A DNA stretch of 64,000 nt from a virus, in IMG/VR virus record IMGVR_UViG_3300036851_000176, positions 82,626 to 146,625 of that record; one strand, given 5' to 3'. Position 1 is the stretch's first letter; each line of letters begins with the position of its first letter. Positions 25,044-35,380 of the stretch are shown here, piece by piece. The position numbers were made by a program, and so were the translations under genes. Below the pieces are notes generated by a model that saw only the letters and a list, made by a program, of their open reading frames with translations, was not told the DNA's origin and did no database searches.

Positions 25044-25696
25044 GGGGCGCCCCCGCCGTAGTAGTCAGGAGCGCGCGTACCGTTTCCGCCGGAGGAGTCA
25101 TAAGACACTCCTGCACTTGGATCAGCGGAGTAAACGACGTTCTTGGGAAGTTCGTTGTGTCCCGTCATTCTCCCCTTGGCATCGAGAGTGAAACGGAAAG
25201 GAGTCAGCGCCTGTCCCTCTCGGACAAGGACTACGTTGCGAGAGATCAGAGACTTGTCGTTGCCACGCAATCGCCACAGTTCGACATGTACCTTGATGCT
25301 TCCTCGATCACTCTTCATGTAGAGATGAACGTTGACCGAATACTCACCCACGACCGCTCCCCTGATGACGACTCGTTCTCCGTTCTGAACCACCCTGACG
25401 GATCCTTCGGTCTCGGACGCTGCGGTTCCGAGGTCGTCGTGCTCAAGGTGCATGAGACCGACGCTGTCGGAACCGAAGTAAACGACGTTTCCTTCGGGAT
25501 CCTCGACGTAAAGATCCACGTCATCATTCGATCCGTCCTTCCATGAGATCGTGACCGCGTACACACCCAGCGTGTCCACGGCCGTCGTCTTCTTGGGTGG
25601 CGGCTGAAGAAGAACGAGGATGATGAGAAGGAGACAGAACAGCGTATCGATCGCTGCCCATGCGACCGCCGCCCTAGCGCTGTCGCGGTGTGGCAT
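25040..25696 (-). CDS. ExbD/MotB-like TM protein with a YfaP-like extracellular domain
   Basis: AAIDTLFCLLLIIL (Asp in TM); W...DDVDLYVEDPEG...L.HDD.G...GEYSVNVHLY. Confidence 0.65.
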   Translation of the reverse strand: MPHRDSARAAVAWAAIDTLFCLLLIILVLLQPPPKKTTAVDTLGVYAVTISWKDGSNDDVDLYVEDPEGNVVYFGSDSVGLMHLEHDDLGTAASETEGSVRVVQNGERVVIRGAVVGEYSVNVHLYMKSDRGSIKVHVELWRLRGNDKSLISRNVVLVREGQALTPFRFTLDAKGRMTGHNELPKNVVYSADPSAGVSYDSSGGNGTRAPDYYGGGAP

Positions 25697-26108
25697 GATC
25701 TTTGAGGGGAAGCTGAAGCAACACGAGCACGACCGCGCAAGAGATTCCCACGAACGTCGCAAGCAATCCGCTTGAAGCGCCCGCGACCTTCTGCTGGAAA
25801 TTCGTCACGTCACTCGAATCGCTGCTGAGCGCCATGAGGAATCCAGCGACCGTCCCGAGCATCGCCACCATCGGGCAGAGACCGATCGCCTCAGAGAGAT
25901 GATGCTTCTCGTCCTTCTGCTCGTCCCATGCCAACTTCCCCGCGTATGCGCTAGCAACAGCGAACACACTGAAAACAGCGCCAATCGCCAGTTTGGCCGG
26001 AGTGGGGATGCTGCCCGAATAGGAAATGTCTGCTGTGACAAGGCTTGCTACGAAGAGCACGTTGATCAGTGCCCAACGGAGGAAGAGTTTCCTGTCACGA
26101 ACCCTCAT
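25674..26108 (-). CDS. MotA/TolQ/ExbB proton-channel family protein
   Basis: CPMVAMLGTVAGF...GASSGLLATFVGI, matching the conserved PxxGxxGTxxG / G...AL.TT..G helices. Confidence 0.75.
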   Translation of the reverse strand: MRVRDRKLFLRWALINVLFVASLVTADISYSGSIPTPAKLAIGAVFSVFAVASAYAGKLAWDEQKDEKHHLSEAIGLCPMVAMLGTVAGFLMALSSDSSDVTNFQQKVAGASSGLLATFVGISCAVVLVLLQLPLKDHATPRQR

Positions 26109-26134
26109 TTACTCACCTTACCAGAATGACCCGA

Positions 26135-26377
26135 CTAGTCAATTTTCGGAAGCATCGACTGCGGTTGGGAGATTCCTTTCTCGTCAACGGGCGTAATCAA
26201 GCCGTTCTGACAGGCCAGGAGAACGGCCTGGGCCAGATTCCGCGCTCCGAGTCGATCCTTAAGATCGCGGGTCACTCGATTGATCTCGCTGAGCGAGAGA
26301 TACTCCTCCTTGGCGATTTCCTTCAACTTCACCCCTGACGCTGTGCGCGCGAGGATGCGAGTTTGAAGGACCGTCAA
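26135..26377 (-). CDS. LuxR-type HTH DNA-binding protein
   Basis: LTVLQTRIL...GVKLKEIAKEEYLS...KDRLGARNLAQAV; start uncertain (26377 or 26425). Confidence 0.75.
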   Translation of the reverse strand: MTVLQTRILARTASGVKLKEIAKEEYLSLSEINRVTRDLKDRLGARNLAQAVLLACQNGLITPVDEKGISQPQSMLPKID

Positions 26378-27465
26378 CGTAGGCTTTCGAACAGCTCGAT
26401 CCACTGTGGTGCGATCAGGCGCCATTGTCTCCTTTCTGCGAATGATCTGCCCGCCGTCGCGAGAGCCATGTATGTGTCGCGATCTTCCAGCACGTCCGTA
26501 AGCGCTCCAAGATAGTCGTCGTCTCGGAATGGAAGTGGAACGATTACCGCCGCTTCCGAAAACTCTTCTTCAAGACAATCGCAGTTCGTTGTAACTACCG
26601 GCTTGCCCGCTGCCATGGCTTCGATGACTGTAATGCATCCAGTCTCGGTCGGAGACATAGTGTCACACGGATACGCAAGAGCGCTGCTCTGTCGATGCAA
26701 ACGTGCGATCTCTGACTGTGGGAGACGACCAACATCCTCGACTCCATCTTGTCGAAGTCGGTGCCCGATCTCGACAGCCATTGCTCCTCCCTGCGAGTGT
26801 CCCCAGATATTCGCCGCGACCCAATTGGACACTCCATACGCCACCTTCAATTCCGCTCCCGGCCAGCGCTCTCTGACCTTGGGCCAGATACGCAGGAGAT
26901 GGATCAGTCCACGATCGGGACTTGACGTATAGACGAAGCGCTTTTTGCGAGGCAACGTCAGGGTCTTGGGCCAAGGGAAGTGCTCCAGATCGACCCCGTT
27001 CGGAAGGACATAAAACGGACCGTCATTTCCCTCGTGAGCCAAGAAGTCAACATGCCACTGACTGAGTCCGATGATGCCCGTTGCGAACTCCTGCGCGGCC
27101 TCTTTCCGCATGCCGGGAAGGTGCGCGCATTGCATCTCTACGAGACGGATGGGGTTTCTCTCGACAACGCGAGGGTCGGCAAATACGTCCGGGCATTCCC
27201 ACGCGACGCAAGAGTCGTACTCGAACGTAGCCATACAGGTCATCGCCAATTTGTACGGCACGAACTCGAAGAACCCGCCGCTATCGTCGTAGACACGAGA
27301 AGGGGTCGTGGTAGGAACGAAATTTGTGACCTCGTGCCCTAGTTTCGCCCACTCCCGGGAAAGACGAATTAGGGCACCTTCGCGACCGCCGACTCCGCGT
27401 TCGAGCGTCTCGTTGTTGATCTCTCCCCAGGCGTCAGATCCAGAGAGTGCCTGCGCGATCTTCAT
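26374..27465 (-). CDS. Glycosyltransferase (GT-B, GT4-like)
   Basis: GGREG, LPNGVD, YTSSPDRGL, ETGCITVIEAMAAGKPVV. Confidence 0.9.
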   Translation of the reverse strand: MKIAQALSGSDAWGEINNETLERGVGGREGALIRLSREWAKLGHEVTNFVPTTTPSRVYDDSGGFFEFVPYKLAMTCMATFEYDSCVAWECPDVFADPRVVERNPIRLVEMQCAHLPGMRKEAAQEFATGIIGLSQWHVDFLAHEGNDGPFYVLPNGVDLEHFPWPKTLTLPRKKRFVYTSSPDRGLIHLLRIWPKVRERWPGAELKVAYGVSNWVAANIWGHSQGGAMAVEIGHRLRQDGVEDVGRLPQSEIARLHRQSSALAYPCDTMSPTETGCITVIEAMAAGKPVVTTNCDCLEEEFSEAAVIVPLPFRDDDYLGALTDVLEDRDTYMALATAGRSFAERRQWRLIAPQWIELFESLR

Positions 27466-27619
27466 CCGACGAGTCGAACCTTCCTCTTGCCGATGACGGT
27501 TTCGTGCAGGACATTCTGGCTAGTGAGCGGAGTCCGCACATTCGCGTAGTAGCAGAGCAACGTGAATGGACCTACCTGGCGCGTCCACCACGTTCTCTTG
27601 GTCGTCTTGAGTCGCTCCA

Positions 27620-28000
27620 TCACGCCGCTCTCCGGTTGTTGATCTTCTGGCGTCGGCGACGAGCCTGCGCCGCGATCTGCTGGTTTCTGCGACGAGAGGC
27701 ACGCGCTCTCTTGTTCTTTGCCCGTCTTCGTTGTCTCTCTGCTTCCGGAGTTGACGCACGACGAGCGCTGCGAAGCAAGGCCGCGAACTCTGGCGAGTAC
27801 CCGATTGCTGCGTTGAGAAGTTCGAGAGGGATCTTGTCTCCTGGCTCGACCTGGGCCAGCGGGCCTCTGGCCTCTTGCTCCTTCCGCACCTCTTTGGCGC
27901 GAGAGATGATATCGAACGCCTTGCTGCCCATCACGCGATCGAGGAACGACTTCTCGTTCTCTTTCGGATCGCGCTCCCAGAATGGTCTGCCGTCGCTCAT
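27620..28000 (-). CDS. Basic hypothetical protein
   Basis: 126 aa, coupled to RNase H. Confidence 0.6.
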   Translation of the reverse strand: MSDGRPFWERDPKENEKSFLDRVMGSKAFDIISRAKEVRKEQEARGPLAQVEPGDKIPLELLNAAIGYSPEFAALLRSARRASTPEAERQRRRAKNKRARASRRRNQQIAAQARRRRQKINNRRAA

Positions 28001-28458
28001 GCTACTTGCTCCTTCGCGAGTAGGGTTTGTTCTCCCGCTAGTTTATCAGCCTTTTCGTTGTGCTCGACGTGATGAGCCTTCGCGGGGTCGTCGTTCTTCT
28101 TGTGGCCGCGAACGTGGATGAACGCCACCGACTTGTGACGATCGGCGGCTTCAATGAGTTCTTTCCACAGGTCCTGGTTCTTGACGTGACTCGGCCACCC
28201 GTTCGGGATCCAAAGACGTTGCATCCACTGGGTGTATCCGAGGACGACGTACTGTGCGTCTGAAACTACGGTAACGATCGATCCCTCCGGAAGTGCATTA
28301 AGACCACCGATGACGGCAGTCAACTCCATGCGCCCGTTCTTCGTTTCGGTCTCGTAACCGACCGAAGTCAAGGAGTCATCTTCGATGCACACAGACGCCC
28401 AACCGCCGGGACCTCCCGGTTTCGGGCACGAGCCATCCGTGTAGATCGTGAAGCGCAA
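27997..28458 (-). CDS. rnhA: Ribonuclease HI
   Basis: IYTDGS, GPGGW, RMELTA, VSDAQYV, VKNQDLW, HVRGH, NEKADKLA. Confidence 0.93.
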   Translation of the reverse strand: MRFTIYTDGSCPKPGGPGGWASVCIEDDSLTSVGYETETKNGRMELTAVIGGLNALPEGSIVTVVSDAQYVVLGYTQWMQRLWIPNGWPSHVKNQDLWKELIEAADRHKSVAFIHVRGHKKNDDPAKAHHVEHNEKADKLAGEQTLLAKEQVA

Positions 28459-28461
28459 CGC

Positions 28462-28671
28462 TTACGCGGTTTTCTTCGGACGACCGCGAGGCTTGGCCTT
28501 CACGCCAGCTGCCTTGCATGCTGCGCGCCACGAACCAAACTCACGCTCGGCCGCGCCTCGGAGTCCGCCCCCGACCGTCTTGTAGCCGACGAAACCGTTC
28601 TCGTCAGCCTCGGCCTTGAGCGCCTCCTTGATGCGGTCCTTCGTCCACTCCTTCGGTCTTCCCCTAGCCAT
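28462..28671 (-). CDS. Small DNA-binding protein (homing-endonuclease-associated-repeat-like)
   Basis: WTKDRI...AAEREFGSWRAACKAAG flanked by RGRP AT-hook-like motifs. Confidence 0.6.
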   Translation of the reverse strand: MARGRPKEWTKDRIKEALKAEADENGFVGYKTVGGGLRGAAEREFGSWRAACKAAGVKAKPRGRPKKTA

Positions 28672-29413
28672 TCAACTCCACCTCCAGGATGTCGATTTCG
28701 CCGTCGCGGATGAATGCACCCGCAATTCGATTCGAATGGCGACCGCTCCCGAGGTCGATGCAATACGAGCCAGCAGCCGGTGAGCCATGCGTTCCGAACT
28801 GTCTAACTGTATCACCCACAGAATGACCGATCAGTTGACGTATCTTCTGGTACTTGGGTTCGCTGTAATCCGACCAGAGAATTCCACCCTGAGGATAATT
28901 CCCTCCCCTGATTGGGCCGCATGCGTCGAACAGTTCTCCAGTAGCGTCCCGGCGCCAGCGCTCCTCGATCAGGGCGCACGCCTCATCTGAGTCATTCGAA
29001 CCAAGAAGGGTTCCGAAGTAGTGGCTGAGTCCCGCATGAGAGACCAGAATTCCGTCGATTGACGCCGAGGCTGCAATGTACCCGGACTGTTCGAGATCGA
29101 ACATCATTGAGGCGATGCGATCGTCGTGAAAGAACCCTCCGAATGGGTGTCCTCCCCAGTATGGGTGCTCGTGATTTCCGACGATCAGCAGATCGATCCA
29201 GTCTCCAACGCGCTTGAGACATTCGAAATCATTCTCGGTTCCATCACGGTAGGGATCCTCCGCGCAGTTGGCAAGGTCTCCAAGACTGATGACATCGATG
29301 TCCCAATCCTTGCGTTGGCCGGTTTTGGGGTCAACGATTCCCGCGTCTTCCAGCAAGGCACGCAGGTTCAGGTGCATGCCATGAATGTCAGGTACGACGA
29401 AGACATTACTCAC
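28664..29413 (-). CDS. Calcineurin-like metallophosphoesterase
   Basis: DIHG, LGDL, GNHE, HAG, GILWSD, GHS. Confidence 0.88.
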   Translation of the reverse strand: MSNVFVVPDIHGMHLNLRALLEDAGIVDPKTGQRKDWDIDVISLGDLANCAEDPYRDGTENDFECLKRVGDWIDLLIVGNHEHPYWGGHPFGGFFHDDRIASMMFDLEQSGYIAASASIDGILVSHAGLSHYFGTLLGSNDSDEACALIEERWRRDATGELFDACGPIRGGNYPQGGILWSDYSEPKYQKIRQLIGHSVGDTVRQFGTHGSPAAGSYCIDLGSGRHSNRIAGAFIRDGEIDILEVELNG

Positions 29414-29491
29414 CGGAGAACCACCACTTGAGGTCTCGCCAGGCTGCGCCCATCACAACGAGCGAAGCGATCAAAAGTGTGCTGAGTTTCT

Positions 29492-29719
29492 TCATGTAAT
29501 TGGTTCTCCGCGTTTCTTACGCCAGCGCCGAATGGCTGCGGTTGCACGATTGTCACGGAAGACCTGAAAGAATACCCGGTACTTTCCATCGACGCGTTTC
29601 ACGGAGAAGTTGAAGGTGTGGACCAGTCCACAATCACAGCAGGACATCTTGTATCCCTCCATAACGGGACGAACCCACTCTCCCGCCTCCGGCTCGTAGT
29701 AGCGCTCTTTGACGGCCAT
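29492..29719 (-). CDS. Conserved-looking small phage protein (CCDCGLVH)
   Basis: Cys/His motif; in gene run. Confidence 0.6.
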   Translation of the reverse strand: MAVKERYYEPEAGEWVRPVMEGYKMSCCDCGLVHTFNFSVKRVDGKYRVFFQVFRDNRATAAIRRWRKKRGEPIT

Positions 29720-29723
29720 CACA

Positions 29724-30895
29724 TCAGAAGGCCGTTCCGCAGTTCGTACAGAGGAATCTCTCGTCATCATTGCCGATTCCCTGGTATGGAATGATCACCA
29801 GGCTTCCGCACGAAGGGCACGGTCCTGAAACACGACCGCAGCGGCAGCCACAGTAGTTGCCGCCGCAGTCGTAACGAACGACATGCCCTCGCCTAGAGCA
29901 GATCCAGTCCGAAAGCCACGCCGTCATTCGCGCTCTTCCAGCGCGCGAGCGGCGCGATCTTTCAGGAACACCGCGCCGTCGCGAAGTTGCTTCAGTTCGT
30001 CCTTCGTGAACTGCCGAAGATGATCCTCCAGGGCGAGAGTGTCGGACTCGCACGCCATCAGAAAGGCGTCGCTCTCGATATATTTGCTGTCGTAGATCGA
30101 CGACATCAGTCGGGTAGTTTGGTCTCGTTCTCTGACCGAAACGTCTCGAACGCTTCGATCTCTGCATCGACGCTCGCGACGATGGAATCCAGGCCGAGTG
30201 CGAGCGCACGAGAGCGATAGTCCTTGATCGCCAGGAGTGCGGTTTCGTCGCGCGCTCTCAGAACGAACACCGGCTCGTCATCTGCGATCTTGCCGATGTC
30301 TAGCTTTCCGTACTTGGTTGAAACAGCCATCAGTATTTCCTCCTTGTATCTTCCCATTTTTCGAGGTAATCGAGGGCCGCTCTGAACTCCTTGAGACTCA
30401 GTTCCGGCACTTCGATTTCCTTCTTCCTGCTCTTGGACAGATCGTCCACACTTCCGTCGAAAACGCTGATGTAGAGCGAGTCACCAACGATCGACACTTC
30501 TATCTCTCGATCGGGCGGCTCGTAGCGTTCGTCAACTCCTTCGAGGATTACCTTCCTGACGCTCACTCTTCGTCCTCCAGGAGCCGCAGCCCTCCGTCCC
30601 ACTCCATGCTGTAGGGATCGTAGTTGCTGAATGCTTCAATCTGGAACTCTCCGGCCGCTAGTGTTGTCCAATCCGGATAGAGACCATCGAGTCCAACGTG
30701 GTAAACCTCGTGCGCGACCATGCAGTCGTACGCTTCTGTCTTCGTTCCGGGAATCAACGGATCCTCTTCCTCGAACTTCGGGCAGTCGTCCGGATGAACA
30801 ACCTCCCACTCGCGGTACGGAATGTGAGTCTCCGGATCTCTTGCTTCCAGTTCGGTGATGATCAGAAGATGGGGTTTGCTTACAGATTCGGCCAC
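29724..30895 (-). other. Run of five small coupled hypothetical genes (29724-29927, 29924-30106, 30106-30330, 30330-30566, 30563-30895)
   Basis: Overlapping start and stop codons on the same strand. Confidence 0.6.
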
Positions 30896-33018
30896 TGATG
30901 CGTCCCTTCTGGCTTCTTCAGTCCGGCGCCTTTGAGCAGATCCATCACATCATCTCCAAACACTTCCTTCTCCTCGACCATGCGTGAAGCAATCTCCCCC
31001 ACGGCGTTCTTGTTCTGAAGGATCGTGTTGTACGCGATCAGGAAAGCGTGACCGAGCAGAAGAGCCTCATCTCTGCGCTTGTCAGGAGGTAGTGGGATGT
31101 CGCCGGGATTTCCGATCGTAAGGAGTTGCTTGCCGAGTTTCTCCATGCTGCGCAGATCGTCTCGCGACAAGTTGGGCGGGAGGATCGGAGCCATGCCCCA
31201 CCGACCTACCATTGTTCCGGCAAGCGCCGAGGCGCTGCCCAGGTCTCCTCCAACTCCCTGCGTGTTGTGACCGTAGAAGACGATCTCAGCTGCGTAGGCG
31301 CCCAGGCCCCAGATCAGATTCGAGAAAAGTTCGTCTCGCGTACGGAACGTGCGCTCCTCGGTTCCGATCGCCTGGTGGTGACCGCCAGTCTCGCCTCGTC
31401 TCCTGATACTCAGCCGTGTACTCTCGTGATCCTCCATGAAGAGGTAAGAACAAACTGCGTGACCGGCTTCGTGGATCGCCGTCGAACGCTCCTCCATTTC
31501 AGACTCGTATCCCCATCCGAGAGCGGTTCCGGCCTCGTTCGTGACCATCGCTTCTGTCAGATCTTCCCGCGAGAAGGCGTGGCGACCGTCGTGGTGCGCA
31601 TACGTTAGAGCCAACGAGCACGCCTGCTCGATCTGAGCAGGGGAATACCCTTCCATCATGCGTGCGAGTTCGTCGCGGGCCTCTGATGAGTCCAGAGAGT
31701 CCTCGTGTGCGACCTTGCCGAGGTACAGATCCAGGATGTCGATGCGGTCTTTCTTGGTCGGAGTTCGGAAATGAATGTGGCGTCCCATGCGTCCGGGACG
31801 AACGAGCGCCGGGTCGAGTGCGCTCAGTGGAACGTTCGTCGCGCCGACAAAGTAGATCTGATTCCCAGTGGGCTTGGCGTGCGGAAGACGTAGGGGTACG
31901 TCGCCCAGACGACGCGGGACGATGTAACTGGCATCGAGCCAAGTGTTGACCTTGTTCGTCATGACCCGCTTCATGAACGGGGGCGAATCGATACCGTCCA
32001 TGACGACGAGGAGCTGGTTGATCGCCATGCCGCCTCCGTACATGCCGCCCATGGCACCACCGGGGATCTGAGGCTTCGTAAACCCTCCCAATCCGCCGCC
32101 GCCCAGGCTACCTCTTCGCATTCCCACGGCGTCGATTTCGTCGATGAAAACGATGCACTGTCCACCCCACTTCGCGGCCAACTTGCGCGCCTTGCGCGCC
32201 ATGTAGCGGACGATGATGACATCCATGCCGATGAAGGTCTGCGCGAAGCCAGAGCCGGGGATCGTCACGAGCGGGCAGTTGAACCCGGTCGCGATGGCCT
32301 TGGCGAGCATCGTCTTACCGACGCCAGGGGCGCCGAGGAAGAGGATGCCGCGCTCGCGCTTGCCGCCAGCGCTCACGAACTTCTCGCCGGACTGCCAGAG
32401 CGTGATGACCTTGTGGATCTCTTCCTTCGCTTCCTTCTGGCCGCGCACGTCCTCAAGACGCACGCCCCAGTCTGCGTCACCCGGCTCAAAGCCTCGGATC
32501 TGCGACACACCCATCATCATCATGGGGCCGAAGAACAGGAGAAAGTTCGCGAGGAAGAAGATCGGCAGGATGATCAGCTGCATCAGGACCTGCGGATTGG
32601 AGAGCAGAGAAAGGCCGCTCCATAGCCACTCGGCGTTGCTTCCCCACGTCCCGCCACGCTTGAGCCAGGTCAGCGTGATCAAGGACAGCACGATGACGAT
32701 CCAGCGCAACTTCTTGGACCAGAAGTGAATGCGTCTGCGGTTGAGCGCATCCTCGGCTCTCAATTCGTCCGAGTTCGTTCCATACAGGCTCGCAAAGGGG
32801 ACCAACTTGCGGTACACCAGATCGAGAAATCCACGCAGAACGAGCACGCAAGAGGCCAGCGCCAAAGACCCGGTGGCGGAACGTCCCTGATGGAGGTAGA
32901 ACAAGAACACCATCGGGAATGTAAAGGCCGTGATCAGGTTCGCGACGAGATTGAAAGAGCGTCGCTGGCGGCGCAGATACTCCTGCTGGTCTACCGAATC
33001 AATCGCAACGTCAGACAC
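30880..33018 (-). CDS. ftsH: FtsH-like membrane AAA+ zinc metalloprotease
   Basis: N-terminal TM helices; GAPGVGKT; FIDEIDAVG; LDPALVRPGR; HEAGH (M41). Confidence 0.9.
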   Translation of the reverse strand: MSDVAIDSVDQQEYLRRQRRSFNLVANLITAFTFPMVFLFYLHQGRSATGSLALASCVLVLRGFLDLVYRKLVPFASLYGTNSDELRAEDALNRRRIHFWSKKLRWIVIVLSLITLTWLKRGGTWGSNAEWLWSGLSLLSNPQVLMQLIILPIFFLANFLLFFGPMMMMGVSQIRGFEPGDADWGVRLEDVRGQKEAKEEIHKVITLWQSGEKFVSAGGKRERGILFLGAPGVGKTMLAKAIATGFNCPLVTIPGSGFAQTFIGMDVIIVRYMARKARKLAAKWGGQCIVFIDEIDAVGMRRGSLGGGGLGGFTKPQIPGGAMGGMYGGGMAINQLLVVMDGIDSPPFMKRVMTNKVNTWLDASYIVPRRLGDVPLRLPHAKPTGNQIYFVGATNVPLSALDPALVRPGRMGRHIHFRTPTKKDRIDILDLYLGKVAHEDSLDSSEARDELARMMEGYSPAQIEQACSLALTYAHHDGRHAFSREDLTEAMVTNEAGTALGWGYESEMEERSTAIHEAGHAVCSYLFMEDHESTRLSIRRRGETGGHHQAIGTEERTFRTRDELFSNLIWGLGAYAAEIVFYGHNTQGVGGDLGSASALAGTMVGRWGMAPILPPNLSRDDLRSMEKLGKQLLTIGNPGDIPLPPDKRRDEALLLGHAFLIAYNTILQNKNAVGEIASRMVEEKEVFGDDVMDLLKGAGLKKPEGTHQWPNL

Positions 33019-33184
33019 GTTTGATTTCCTCGGCCTCTTCTTTCGTTACAGTCGGGCCAGGAGCCTCGTCCTGAATCGATTTCGCCCAAATGACATAAGC
33101 GGCGGCGATCTGTCCCAGTGACACTCGGATGCCGATCAACTCGAATAGAGCGACGACAATCACGATGGTGTAGATGATGTTCAT
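33011..33184 (-). CDS. Small membrane protein
   Basis: MNIIYTIVIVVALFELIG...; ATGA coupling. Confidence 0.55.
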   Translation of the reverse strand: MNIIYTIVIVVALFELIGIRVSLGQIAAAYVIWAKSIQDEAPGPTVTKEEAEEIKRV

Positions 33185-33579
33185 TTGTCCTCCGGAGGGA
33201 TTGGATGGGGCATCTCGTATTCGGATTCCGGCTCTGTTGCGCCTCGTGGCACTGGAGCCAACCCGGCGTCTTCGAGTTCGAGTTGAAGCAACGCCAGCGC
33301 TCGCCACGCCAACTCAGCCGAATGCCGTAGTCCGGTGTCGGGGTCAATACCACCACGATCGATCAGATGGCGACCGATGGCGTCTGCCTGATCGGTGGAC
33401 TTTCCGCGCGCCCAATGAATCGGCTCGCCGGGATTGTGCTTGTCGTTTCCCGCCTTCGAGACACGCGCAACTTCCGCAAGAGCCGCCGGGAAGTAGTCGA
33501 TCACTCCCGAAACGATCGGAGTGTCCTTTCGGGCTTGCGAGTCACTCGGCAGCGTGTCAGTTCGGGATGTTTGGCTCAT
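33181..33579 (-). CDS. DUF5664-like dATP/dGTP diphosphohydrolase
   Basis: FPAALAEVARVSKAGNDKHNPGEP.HW.RGKS...RH...DPDTGLRHSA...WRA. Confidence 0.75.
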   Translation of the reverse strand: MSQTSRTDTLPSDSQARKDTPIVSGVIDYFPAALAEVARVSKAGNDKHNPGEPIHWARGKSTDQADAIGRHLIDRGGIDPDTGLRHSAELAWRALALLQLELEDAGLAPVPRGATEPESEYEMPHPIPPEDK

Positions 33580-34410
33580 ACTCGTCCTCCTCGAATCGAG
33601 ACGGCGGAGGTTCCGGAAGGTCTCGGCGCGCTAGTTCGAGTTGCCTGGCCGTGACCAGAGAAGTCGGCGCTGCGTTCTTCGGCACCCCGCCAATCGCGCG
33701 CTGGTTTTCCAGCACTTCAAGATGGCCGTTCAACTTGTCGTAGATCGCCAACTCTTCTTGACGCAATTCAAGGTCGTGTTCCAGGGCCAACTCGAAGAGA
33801 AAGTTGTACGAACTGACGATCGTTCGCGTCTCTTCCTCTGTCAAGGCGTACAACGAATCGGGAGAGCGGTCCGTGCTCGTATGCCTCATAAGCCGAGAGC
33901 CTTGGTCACAAGACTGAACACCGGAGCCTTCTCCCAGATGACGTGCTCGACAGGGAAGCCAAGGGTGAACAGGACGCAGCGAAAGCAGATCTTGCCGTGC
34001 TTCGTGCAGTAGAACCTATGCGCCAATCTCTTCATCTGACCTCCAGAACGGACAGTGGGGCTGCATGACGTGGACGACTCCGTAGTTGTCGCAGTCGCAA
34101 GGAACGTGGATCGACTGCGGAAACGGCTTCTTGAACTTCGGAGGTTCGAGCGCAGCCACTCGTTCCTCCAGAGCCTCTATTCTCTCTTCGAGGGTCATGT
34201 TTCGGTCAGAACACGCTTCTTACGGATGCCTGCTTTGACCTCGATAGGAAGTTCGTTGCGGCCGTTGAACTCCTGGGCCAGAGCCTTGCGACGGGCCTTG
34301 ACGGGCTTCCACTCGTCAAGGTTCTCGACGTTGCGCGGGAGCGAGTCGTACTCACGCTCGAGCTCGTCGAGCGTCATCTCGCTAACCGGCCGGGTGCTGA
34401 TCTCTGTCAT
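33557..34410 (-). other. Small hypothetical genes (33557-33889, 34016-34198, 34195-34410)
   Basis: Same-strand ORFs, partly coupled. Confidence 0.55.
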
Positions 34411-35186
34411 TACAGATCCTCTCGCTTGAGTTTGAAGAATACGCGGCTGCGGTTGTGATCGAATAGATAGGGATCGGTGCGCGCGATCACTCCTTCTGCG
34501 TACGGAAGATCGTTTGCGTTCTCGAATTCGACACCCGAATCCTCAGCCGCTACAGCGGAGCGCAATTCGGGTACTCGTTCGACGATCTCTTCGAGGGGAG
34601 CCGTCGATGACAGAACGGGAACGGTCTTGATTCCGATGACTTCGGCTGCGTCGGCGACATCATCCCACCGACGCCACATCGGCGAACCCCAGTGTCCGTG
34701 CTCGGCCTGGCCGCGATAGGTCGTCGCGTCGAATGCGCGAAACTGCTTGGTCGGTGAGTAGTAGCCACCCTTCTGGATGCCAGCGCCGTATCCCTCTCCG
34801 TAGATAACCAGCATCGTCGGATCGCGCGTGATCTTGTCGGTGAGTTCCTCGTCGGACTCACCGCCGTGGATGATCACCTTGAGAGCGCGAAATACGCGAT
34901 CGGTCAGTTCATATGCCTCTTCGACACCGAACGCCTCCTGCAAGAATCCCTTAGGGACCGTCGCCTTGTCGCTCCGCCCGCGAACATCCACGATTGGACG
35001 CCAACGATCCTCTTCCTCGTCGTAGGCCCAGTCGAGGATGATCCGCATGTTCGTCCCATCGATCTTCTCGGTGACAAGCCAGTCCTTGATCTGGCGCACG
35101 TAGGGGTTGCGGAAGTCGCCGATGTTCAACTTGTGCGTCTCTTCGTTGCGAGTGAAGAGGTTCTCGGTCTTGCCGTACTCCGTCAC
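34410..35186 (-). CDS. ATP-dependent RNA ligase (Rnl2-like)
   Basis: Nucleotidyltransferase motifs TEKIDGTN, IYGEGYG, FRAFD, EGVIAR, FKLK. Confidence 0.82.
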   Translation of the reverse strand: MTEYGKTENLFTRNEETHKLNIGDFRNPYVRQIKDWLVTEKIDGTNMRIILDWAYDEEEDRWRPIVDVRGRSDKATVPKGFLQEAFGVEEAYELTDRVFRALKVIIHGGESDEELTDKITRDPTMLVIYGEGYGAGIQKGGYYSPTKQFRAFDATTYRGQAEHGHWGSPMWRRWDDVADAAEVIGIKTVPVLSSTAPLEEIVERVPELRSAVAAEDSGVEFENANDLPYAEGVIARTDPYLFDHNRSRVFFKLKREDL

Positions 35187-35371
35187 ACCAGCACCTCGAC
35201 AGCCTTGACGACACCGACGATGCCCCAGAACACGACGTTGATCCAGATGAGCATCATCGCGAGCAGAGTCATCCAGATCGAAAGGCTGTACGTGCCGGTC
35301 TCGCCGCTCGCGTTCTTGCGTGTGACGTAGACGGGCGCGGCGAATGAGAGGTTCCCGTTGAACATGCTCAT
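35183..35371 (-). CDS. Small membrane protein
   Basis: Hydrophobic C-terminus; directly after a promoter. Confidence 0.6.
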   Translation of the reverse strand: MSMFNGNLSFAAPVYVTRKNASGETGTYSLSIWMTLLAMMLIWINVVFWGIVGVVKAVEVLV

Positions 35372-35380
35372 GATTCTCCT

